A stretch of 63,989 bases of DNA, counting the filler, from Diploschistes diacapsis (Eukaryota): assembly GCA_023645945.1 (NCBI GenBank). It is 4 parts of 4 records of this genome, joined end to end, with 100 filler letters (N's around TTAATTAATTAA, not from the genome) between each part and the next. Parts side by side here need not be neighbours in the genome. Positions count along the whole stretch, not along the records: positions 1 to 16,410 come from JALAIB010000509.1; 3 more parts are not named here. One strand, written 5' to 3'. The notes under the pieces were generated by a model that searched no databases, was not told where the DNA came from, and saw only the letters and a list, made by a program, of their open reading frames with translations. This document shows positions 1 through 9,323 of the stretch, piece after piece. The translations under genes were made by a program, and so were the position numbers. Numbering within the stretch: position 1 is the first letter of the stretch; each line of letters begins with the position of its first letter.

Positions 1-182
1 CCCTTCTTCTTGATCCCCTCCAAGAAAGAAGCCTTCCTCGAAAACCCCCCTCCCCCCACTATCGTCCCTCAGCTACCATCGCTCATAACCAGACAAATAC
101 CCAAGCCCACGCCCGCGTCCATGGTACATGCTTGTCAGCAGCCCCTCCTCCTCTTCCTCGAGCCCCGTCGCCCGTTCCCAGC

Positions 183-1274
183 CTACGTTCCACAGGCCCC
201 AAACGCCGGCAGACACCCGTCGCCACAATACGTCTGCGCCGCCCCACAGTAGCCATGCTGCGAGCAGCACATGCCGGTCGCGCACGACGCGCTGCCGTTG
301 TTCGGTCCGCACGCGTCGACGGAGCCGTAGGGTACGCCGGCACCGGCACCATCACCATCACCACCGCCACCGGCACCATCACCGCCGGCACCGGCACCAT
401 CACCATCACCACCGGCGCCCGCACCGCAGACGCTCGAGCACGCGGCGCCCGCGTCGGAGCTAGAATTGTACCACATCTCGACGTCCTGCAGATCCAAGAA
501 GGCGCTCTGGCCCTGCGCCATGGTGCCGCTCCACTCGCCGCCGTCGCTCCACATGTTGATCAGGAAGCTCATCGGCGTGTTCGGCGCGTTGACCGTCTTC
601 GTGTCCACGACCGTGCCGTCGAAGCCCATTTCCGTCACGCCGGGCAGCCAGTTCAGCTGCCACTGGTGCCACGACCCGAGCACGTTGGGCGCGCCGAGCG
701 TGACGTTGGAGGTCGCGCCCGCGTCCGAGCCGGGCTGGTTGGTGGCCTGGACCCTGTTGTTGCCCGGGTCCTGCGTGCGGACCTCCCAGTCGATCTCGTG
801 GCTGTCGTCGAGGTAGGTGAAGATGGAGGCGATGGCGCCCGAGGAGCCCGTGACGCGCGCCGTGACGCGGAAGGCGCCGTACAGGATGCTGCTGTCGGCG
901 GAGGCGAGCTCGGCGCTAGCCTGGCCGCTGGAGGTGCGGGTGGTTTGCAGGCGGAGGAAGGAGGAGGTCGAGTCGCTGGAGAGGAAGATGTTGTCGGGGG
1001 AGAAGACCTTGGGCAGGGGAGCGCTGGCGCTGGCGGAGGCGGTGTAGGACTGCGGCCTGAGGACGGAGGTGAAGGCGGGGTCGAGGGCGGCGCCGTTTTG
1101 GGTGGAAGCGGAGGACCCGGTGAAGGAGTACAGGGCGTGGTTCACGAAAGTGGTCGTGTCGCCGCCGATGGAGAGGGAGTAGCAGTCGCAGGTGCTTGTA
1201 TCGGAGGCACTTGCGTCAGCCTTCAAGGCCAACGCCGAGAGAGTAAGGAGCGTGAGAGCTTTGATGGAAGCCAT
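183..1274 (-). CDS. Secreted GH16 glycoside hydrolase with Gly/Asp-rich linker and C-terminal hevein/CBM18 chitin-binding domain
   Basis: 363-aa intronless ORF. Hydrophobic signal peptide, GH16 catalytic motif EIDWE, NMWSDGG motif, and a C-terminal CGPNNGSASC..CCSQHGYCG....YCGDGC...FGAC 8-Cys hevein pattern. Confidence 0.85.
   Translation of the reverse strand: MASIKALTLLTLSALALKADASASDTSTCDCYSLSIGGDTTTFVNHALYSFTGSSASTQNGAALDPAFTSVLRPQSYTASASASAPLPKVFSPDNIFLSSDSTSSFLRLQTTRTSSGQASAELASADSSILYGAFRVTARVTGSSGAIASIFTYLDDSHEIDWEVRTQDPGNNRVQATNQPGSDAGATSNVTLGAPNVLGSWHQWQLNWLPGVTEMGFDGTVVDTKTVNAPNTPMSFLINMWSDGGEWSGTMAQGQSAFLDLQDVEMWYNSSSDAGAACSSVCGAGAGGDGDGAGAGGDGAGGGGDGDGAGAGVPYGSVDACGPNNGSASCATGMCCSQHGYCGAAQTYCGDGCLPAFGACGT
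337..420 (+). repeat. Coding tandem repeat (CCGGCA/CCATCA units) encoding the GAGAGGDGD linker of the GH16 gene
   Basis: The block ccggcaccggcaccatcaccatcaccacc occurs twice, with shorter units between the copies. Confidence 0.8.
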
Positions 1275-1981
1275 GTTTGGTAAAGAGTGATTGCAACGGC
1301 TATAATGTCAAACAGGAGTGGCGACGACTGCTATCTGGGGACAGCCAAGACCGTCAAGATATTCTCAATAAGCGGGGCGTCAATAAACAGAGCGCAGCAT
1401 AGCCAGTCTGCACATTGACAACGAAGCTGTAACTGCAAAAAAGAAAGAAGGAGAGGTACAAAGAGCAGAATAAACAAGCCCTTTATCGAGATCAACAACG
1501 GCAATCCCCGGCGAAATAAACACCCTCCCCTGGGTCAAGCAGCGGAGTCATTTCCCTCAATAGGCAATTGAAGCGGAATGAAGGGGGCAAAGTTTCAGAA
1601 TGTTTAGCAGTAGTCACAAAGTTTAAAAATTGCTTGCTGACTGTATGCACACATTACACATAGGACGCCAGGGGTGAGGTTTATGTGAATGAAGGAGGAT
1701 GTTGGTTTCAGGAACGAACTCTCTCCATCTCGGATGATTATGTAACCATGAATATTATAAAGAATTCGAACCCTCGAACCTTTGATGAACAGGTCTGCCA
1801 GGCAGTCGTCTTCACCATTCGACCATGCCGCCATAGTGACTCGGTATTCCCATGTTTTCGTAACGTATTCCTACAGTTTCCGACACGCTATGCTAACAAT
1901 GCCAAGAACTCCATGATGCTAGCAAAAAAAACCCCTCAGCCTTTGTTACACCCCATGTTGCTCCCTTGTTCCCAAACCCTA

Positions 1982-3836
1982 TCAATACCCATTCTCATGA
2001 CCATAACCGGCCTCTTCAATCATCTGCTTGGTCGAGCACGTCTCCCTGAAACTCCTCAGATTCTCCCTCAGTGTCAGCCCCTGCCGGATCCCGACCGCTC
2101 CGCCAATCTCGAGCAACCGCTCCTGGATCCAGTCGTGCTGGTCGCGCGGAATGCAGCACACCAGACCAGCCGGGTAGAGCGTCAGAACAAGGAAATATGC
2201 GCCCAATGCCTTCCCGGAGCCCCATGTTGAGCGTTCGTATATCGGAAAGGACGCGAACGGAGCAGCGTGCTGATGCGTTTGGGAGGGGCCGAACGGCATG
2301 AGCTTGCCCAGCATATAAGGGACGAGAGAGAGGAGCTGGGTGACGCAGGACTGGAGAGAAAGCTCGGCCACTATGCGGCAGGGGTAGCGATGGTGGTCCC
2401 GCTCGTCTCCCAGTTCTTCTTGACCGTGGTACGGGTATGCATCTTCTTCGTCGGTGTCTGGAAATACATGTAGATTGCGCACCTTGCAGTACGCCATGCA
2501 GATGATGATTGTCCGTAGAACCTGGATCCGACCGGACCAGTAGTGGCACCAGAAGCCACCGTGTTCGGGAGAGCGAAAAATCTTGAGAATTTGGAGGAAG
2601 TAGGATGGTTCGTAAGGGTCGGTGCCGATTCGATATGCCGAAGGCTCGTTAGCAATCTCGACAGGCATGAACTCCTCGGGCACGGAGTGACGCCACGCTT
2701 CCAGCTTGTTGGATAGAGCCGTCAGCTTCATCGTGATCTCTACAATCTCGTGCGTGTCTTCTGATGACTGGACGAGGAGGTCGCGGACTCGTGTGAGGGA
2801 AGGCAAGGCTGCGTTGAAATATTCCATGGCTGGCGAGAAGGCGTTCGCTACTGTGAGAGCTGGTGAACAGACGTCTATGAGCTCTGGGTCTGTGGTAGAC
2901 ATTTCTACAAGGTTCCTGGTATGGTTGCGCAGGGTGACGGCGAAGAAGAGTGACTGGCCAACGTGAGTCTCAAACTGTGATGGTCCTCGCAGGCGGACAA
3001 GAGTGTTCTGTCCGCCACAGTGTGACTCGTACAGATCGGGTTTTTCGCCCGTAATGAGCTATTTGATATGGGTTTAGCCCATCAACCCTACAACGCATAC
3101 AAAGCACACGATGAGCAGGGGAGTCGACTCACCTCATACTTTGAGCAAAGCAGGGACGTTGCCAAGACGTGGTCCTGCACCGCAATCTCGGGGTCGCTCA
3201 GGGCCACGTGCAGAGCGCTTAGAGCCTTGCCGTGTAACCTGCGAGCACCGGGCAGCAGGTGCTCGAGCCGATACCGGTTCGCCATGGCCGCTTGGCTGAC
3301 CGCCCGTAGGGCATCATTGAAATAAGGAGCTTCGTCCGATCGAGCCGTGAGTCTGGGGACGAAGTCGAGGTAGCCCGGCCTGCCCTCGTCTCCAGGCAAC
3401 ATGAAGTTTTCCAAAAAGTAGCACAAGCTCTCCATCTCAAAGTCGTTTGGCATCGCCGAGGGAACAGTGTTGGCCGCACAGACGGCTCTCTTGCCAATAT
3501 CGACCTGCGCAGGACCGGGGCCCGGTTCCCTGTCGCCGCATGGTGGAGACTTTCTCTCTCCGCGCTTCCGTCGGGCTCTTGCATGGCGTAGCTTGAGAGC
3601 ATGGTTCTCTGCGGTTTCGTTCTGGTCACGGAATATGAACTCGCTGGGATCCCGGTACCCTGGACACTCCTCCCCGTATCTCTCGCATCTCTGGCAATGA
3701 GGTTTTGCTTCGTCGCACTGCACTTGCGTTAGCTGACTGATCTAGAAAACCATGTGGAAATTGAGCGTGTTCGAACCTTGACTCTCCGTCGTACGCAAAG
3801 CAAGCAACCGTCACTGAAGATTTTTGACTTTGGCAT
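1982..3836 (-). CDS. Zn(II)2Cys6 fungal transcription factor (multi-exon)
   Basis: ATG at 3836 gives MPKSKIFSDGCLLCVRRRVK, then an intron, then CDEAKPHCQRCERYGEECPGY: a complete binuclear cluster. Downstream exons are ORFs 3088-3723 and 1982-2902, a fungal TF middle region. Confidence 0.85.
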
Positions 3837-4971
3837 AGTACTTTATTCTGGAACAGAGAGTGTGATAGTTTTTGGATCAGCTATCCTCGCTGCTCTACAG
3901 ATTTATATATCTTCACTCCTGTGCCGTCCATGATTTCATCTCGAGGAATACCTTGCCGGATACTCCCGTGCCTCGCACCAACAGCGATTCGGTCCGCGGG
4001 TCTCTAACAAATCGGCGAATGATATAAAAAAAGCCCCAGTCAGGTCCGCATCTCTGAAACATAGCGCTAGAGCCGAATCGGGTTGGAAGCTGGTGGGTAC
4101 AGATCCGAGCGTCTATCAGCTCTTCATCGCTGGGCCTAATAGGCTCTCTCGCGGTCCATCCATCTCAACCTCACTACTCCGCAGGGACGACGCACTGACG
4201 TCGACCAGCCAAGATGTGGGATATGGGATATGGGATTCTGCGGTTGTGCATGTTTCTGAGCTTGCTATGGACTAGCCTGGGCTTGCAGCTGGGTTACCTT
4301 ACCGGTTACCTTGGACACTTTGGGCGAAATTTGAAGAGAGGCCGGTGCGGCGGCGACAACAGAGCTTCGAATGGCTTTAATAAAATTGATAGGACAGGAG
4401 AGAGAACGTCGGACACTCACTTCCGACCGAGCTGGCGTTTTGTGATTGTGGTTGACGAGTGAAGCTCCGTCAGAAAATCAGGTCGGCCGATCTTCACCAA
4501 CCACGAATAGATCATGCCTAGTACTACCGCAGAGTACAACGTACTAATATAACATGAGTGTGGTGCTACTACCCTCCTCCATACTCTTACAGAATACGTG
4601 GGTGGAGTTGGAGGAACAACAATGCTTTTTTAACTTGTCGATCAATAGATTTAGCCACTGTGTCCAAAGAAAAATGCTTTGTGGTGGTACACTGGATCGG
4701 ATCGGCGGGCACGTGGAAAATCGGCGCTACTATCATCAAGCTTCAACCCGTCACTTCTATATATAGGCAGGGCCGCTCCGGTTTTGTCTCCTGACTTGTA
4801 CCGTTGCGGCAGGCCAGCCGCGCGAAAGCGGTAGAGTACGTGTACGTAAAAACCGAACTCAGATCATGGAATGGACAGTAGCATAACCAAAAGATCGTGC
4901 TTGTAGTCAGGGAGAAAGATTCGTCATCCCACAGTCTGAAGGACATCTGGATTACTAAGCTTCGCGTGCCG

Positions 4972-6171
4972 TCAAGTACATTTCAGTTCTGTTGCAGACC
5001 CGCCGCTGTTTGTAGAGGGGACTTCGATCCCTTCAATCCATACCTTTTCAATAGTCTTGGACGCTTTGATGTCCTCTAGAGGGTTTTCCACAAGCAGAAC
5101 CAGGTCAGCGCGGTAACCTGGAGCTACAACCCCTCTGTCGTTCAGATTAAAATGCTTGGCCGGCAGCGATGTTGCCGCACGAAGGGTCTCGAGAGTCGTC
5201 AGCCCGGCCTCGACCAGCAATTCCAGTTCGCGATGGAAGCTAGTGGCGAACGGGACGGTTACCGGGCCTTTTTGGGCTTCGTTGGCGTCTGTACCTGCCA
5301 ATACGGTAACACCGGCCTTACGGAGTGCGGCGACATTCTCTCGAGCGTTTGCATACTTTAAACCCGGACGAGGAAGAAACCTGTCAAACATTTCCATGGC
5401 TGCCAATGTGGGGCAATTGACGCTCCCCACTCTTTTGTATAGCTCAATATCGTCGGTATGGAGGACACCATCCATAGGAGAATGATGAATTTGATGCGCT
5501 TGGGCCCTCAAGGCCTGCCTCACGGCCTCGACCTTTGCTGCGTGGCAGACAATGAGTTTTTGCCGCTTCCTTGCAGCATCTGCGATGGCATTTATTATCT
5601 CCTGCTCCATTCCAGGTATGTCGGCGATGACCTTGATGTATTCTGCACCTTTGGCGAGCTGACTATCAACAAATGCCTCTGCTTGGGACGGGTGCGTAAG
5701 GATCTCGTCCTTTGGCCAGTTGGGTATGAATTTGATTTGGGAATTGCTGGGTCCTACAGCGGGGAGGCCAGTCACGTGGACGTCCGTGAGTCCAACATGA
5801 CCTTTCAGAGAGTCATTGTGCCCCTTGCTGAAGCCTGCCATGCACATGGCGGTGGTCACGCCGATGTCCGACATTGCTCGCAGTTCGGAAACGGTCGACG
5901 GGTGACAGTGTGCGTCGATGAAACCGGGAAACAAAATGCGACCGTTACAATCGAATTCCTCGCCACCACTGACATCTGCAACGATACGACCGGCGTCCAT
6001 GGCTACTTCGGTGATATCACCGACTTTAGTGCCATCGAAAACCCTAACATTCTTGAGTACTAACTTCCTGTGCGAGGGCTTTACATGTTTCCGCTCCTCC
6101 TCGTGCTCTCCAGCGTACAGGGACGAGTCCGAGGCGGGAATGCCCGACTCGGTAGCGTCCAAGCCCGTCAT
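4972..6171 (-). CDS. Metal-dependent amidohydrolase (Amidohydro_1 family)
   Basis: 399-aa intronless ORF. PGFIDAHCH (HxH), IKV lysine, VCHA, IHH, LAGTDA and G.VAPG.RADLVLL..NPL motifs. Confidence 0.88.
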   Translation of the reverse strand: MTGLDATESGIPASDSSLYAGEHEEERKHVKPSHRKLVLKNVRVFDGTKVGDITEVAMDAGRIVADVSGGEEFDCNGRILFPGFIDAHCHPSTVSELRAMSDIGVTTAMCMAGFSKGHNDSLKGHVGLTDVHVTGLPAVGPSNSQIKFIPNWPKDEILTHPSQAEAFVDSQLAKGAEYIKVIADIPGMEQEIINAIADAARKRQKLIVCHAAKVEAVRQALRAQAHQIHHSPMDGVLHTDDIELYKRVGSVNCPTLAAMEMFDRFLPRPGLKYANARENVAALRKAGVTVLAGTDANEAQKGPVTVPFATSFHRELELLVEAGLTTLETLRAATSLPAKHFNLNDRGVVAPGYRADLVLLVENPLEDIKASKTIEKVWIEGIEVPSTNSGGSATELKCT

Positions 6172-8043
6172 ATTGCTGGTTAGATAGAAGATTCAGACGC
6201 CGTTACCTTGAGACGTTGTAGGTTCTGGACGTGAGAATCGGCAGAGCTGAAGTTTTCGTTTAAGGTATCTAATTTACCTTGAGCATGATAGCATATAAAC
6301 GTCAAGATTCAGGAGCACTTCCCCTATCCAAATCGTCTTGGATTGCCAGATGCACCTACTCGTGATGGGTACTAGTAGGAGAGTCTAAGCCTTTTCGGGT
6401 ATTTCAGTACGAGCTGTGTACAAGTAGGGACTCTTCGTCTCCTTAGTCGAGCGCCGATTGGCGCACACAAGGGGAGAAGTGAATTGAGGATTGCAAGTGC
6501 TGGGACACAAGTTGACGCAGGCACAGAGATGGTAATCGTGTAATGCTGAGCAACTGCAGCCCATTTAGCCACTTGTTGCCATCGAACTTATTTTTTGTAT
6601 CTGATTTGGCCCCTCGAGTTGATCCACCATGTACGGTAAAACGAGCGCCATGGGTACATCCGCCGTGGTTCCGTGGGAGTGGCAAGATGAGAGGGAGACA
6701 TACCTTGATAAAGGGGTCAGTGGCTGAAAGAGGCCATGCTTTCCTTTAAAACTAAAAAGCAGCAGAGATAGGAACAGCCGCAGATTACTTCGTGAGCAAT
6801 GCTTCAAGTTCGGCGAGAGAGAAAAAAACCCGCTTTGTTCTCAGGAGCACTGCCTGCGCCGCTCCTTCTTTATATATAGTGTGTCTGCCAAGTCGGTTAG
6901 GTCATGTCTAGTTCCCATGGTAATTCGTATGCATTACATATATGCGAGTCAGAACTGACACTGTCGCAAGAAGGTTATCCAAATATTAATAATCTAAGAT
7001 AGCCCGAAAAGGGACGCATTAAGATTTGAAAATGGGTTCTAAAGTGTATAGGGAAATGTGATTTTCAGATTACATATAAGCTCGTGTGCATTACTAAAAC
7101 GACTGGAAACTTTAAGGAAATACACATATAACTTTGTGTAGGCAGGCCTAACTTAACATGTACGCAAAATGATAGTCAGCTTATAGTGTTTATATGGAGA
7201 AGGAGCAGCGCAGGTAGTGCTCCAGAGACAAAACGAAAATACCACACAAAAGACAGAGCGCTCCTGAACTTGTCGACTGGGTGGGAAATGTAGATCGAGC
7301 ACCCGAGCCCGTAATCCCCATCGGCGATGATCTTGTATGGGGACACGAGATCGAACTGTATGCTGATGAAGTCTGACCCAGGGTCTTGTGGGCCGCTGGA
7401 ACAGCCACTACTAGGTAGTAGTATGACGGAGGAGCTAATGGCTCGAGTAGCTGAGTGAGAATGTAGTTAGTCGCCCGAGTCAGCACCCAAGGTTCTAGGA
7501 AGAGCACTCGCTCAGTTGGACTCTTGCCTCCTCAAACAAAGCATACGAGTAGCTGTAGGTATGTTTGCCGGATCTGTGGCCTCGCTCAGGGCAGAACGTC
7601 CAAGGCAGAATCGTTGCAACTCTGAAGTGCGCGACAGCACCGGAGTTTTGGATTTCCTCTGAGAGGGGTATCTAGCCTTACAGGTACTATCAAGTCCCAA
7701 TCGCTAGATTGGCGCTAGTAGCAGTAGCGTACGCCACGTATTAGTAAAACAATAGTAATCGATTTTATGGCTGATTTTTGGTGTATATGTTAAAGATCCG
7801 TATATTTTGAAGATCTCATTTTTATATACTTTAGAACTTACTTTTAGAGTTTACTGGATCGCTTTTGTAGTTATCTAATACTAGCGTACAGGACTTATGT
7901 ATGCTATTAAACAACTTGAGATTTACTTAACCAAAACAATTGTCAGCCTTATAATATCTGTAGGTAGTGCTCCTGAGGTCGGTATTTGCTTTGAAATCAA
8001 CTTTCGGTGATCTGCGTCATCGTCAACGACATCGGAGGAAGGC

Positions 8044-8163
8044 CCAGAATAAAGGTTAGCGCTGATTTGTGTGGCGCCATGCAGAAAAAAGTTCAACGGG
8101 ACTCCAGATATGCGGTGAAAGGGCCCTGCGCGCACGAATAATCAACGCTAACCTTTATTCTGG
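8044..8163. repeat. Inverted repeat (24-bp arms, 1 mismatch, 72-bp spacer), possible MITE remnant
   Basis: ccagaataaaggttagcgctgatt at 8044-8067 matches the reverse complement of 8140-8163, ccagaataaaggttagcgttgatt. Confidence 0.6.
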
Positions 8164-8209
8164 ATGGTCTTATGCCTTAGGGTAGCTTTAGTGCTCCTGA
8201 AATGGTTTA

Positions 8210-8315
8210 CAGTCAGGTGCCAAAAGTAGTTAGGTACACCATAAGCGGCAGTAAAGAGTTGACTGACTCTTTACTGCCGCTTATGGTGTACCTAACTACT
8301 TTTGGCCTAGTACTG
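8210..8315. mobile_element. Miniature Tc1/mariner (impala/mimp-like) MITE, almost entirely palindromic
   Basis: TA|CAGT...ACTG|TA ends. Perfect 41-bp inverted arms at 8219-8259 and 8266-8306, separated by a 6-nt spacer (tgactg). Confidence 0.7.
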
Positions 8316-8531
8316 TAGCTCTTATCTCACACGCTTGTCCCGTGATCATCCCTGGATGGTGGAAGAAAGTCTAGTGGTGATGGCGTCAAAGTCGTTATTG
8401 GCCTAAGCGCCCTCAATAGCTCTGCTTCAACGCACCTCTGCTGCAAGTCAGAGCGGACACAAACTTCTTTAATCGAGCGTTACCTGGGAGGTATTTTCTA
8501 CGCCAAGTTCAACCCGTTTCTGTCATGTTAG

Positions 8532-8556
8532 CGCAGTCGCAGTCGCAGTCGCAGTC
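8532..8556 (+). repeat. (CGCAGT)4 microsatellite
   Basis: cgcagtcgcagtcgcagtcgcagtc read directly from the sequence. Confidence 0.8.
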
Positions 8557-9323
8557 CCGACAGCCTGTCCTTGGCTGCGCGCTGGCAAAGATAGTTAAGG
8601 ATCGGTGTCATGCACATCATTTGTCCCGTTATTTCTGAGCTTCCCACGTGACTGATCGTCGTGAAAAAATTTACGCCTTGAAGATTGACTAAAATTACGT
8701 AGAATAGAACTTAAGCACTCAGGAAAGAAGGTATTAACCCTTTTCGATTCGACGCGATGCTAAGGAAATCACGTTCTACTATGCAGCTTCTCCGTCTCCT
8801 TTACTTAAAAACCAACGTTACTCTATCAAGCCATTTGCTAAACTATTTTGGGTTCTGCGCGACGGTACTAACGCATTCTCAAGGGTGCAAAAACTGGGCT
8901 ATTATTATGATAGCACCCAGTCACGTCCTGGCTAGTACCTAGTACCCGTTTTCAATACGCAGGTCACACTATTCCCAAAAGAGAAGAGAGTTGTTCTCGT
9001 AAAACCAAGTAACAGCAACCAAGCCCTCCGTTTTCAGAGGACAAAATGCCGTCCACATAGCACAGGCGCGTCGAATTTCATGGCATCATACCAACTGTAT
9101 CCATATTAACCTGTGGGAAATCCCCTCAAATACGAAAAGCTCTGCAAGTCTGGCTCGAGCCAAGGTAAAGCTCTCCGGCCCCTGCGTGTCGCTTCTGTCA
9201 TTTGACAGAGCGAGTCGGAACCACCACCTCTCACATATCCTGCCCCGGCTCTATAGCAGTGCCTCCCAGAATTGTTGCATTTGGGTGGACAATAAACCCC
9301 GATACAAATCTCAAACAATCGTC

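Noticed and set aside
132..1283. 383-aa + strand ORF with GTGTITIT repeats
   Set aside because: Antisense shadow of the GC-rich GH16 gene and its linker repeat.
7190..7700. Short ORFs in the gene-free interval upstream of CDC9
   Set aside because: No motifs or coherent exon structure; they cannot be supported as a gene or a transposase.
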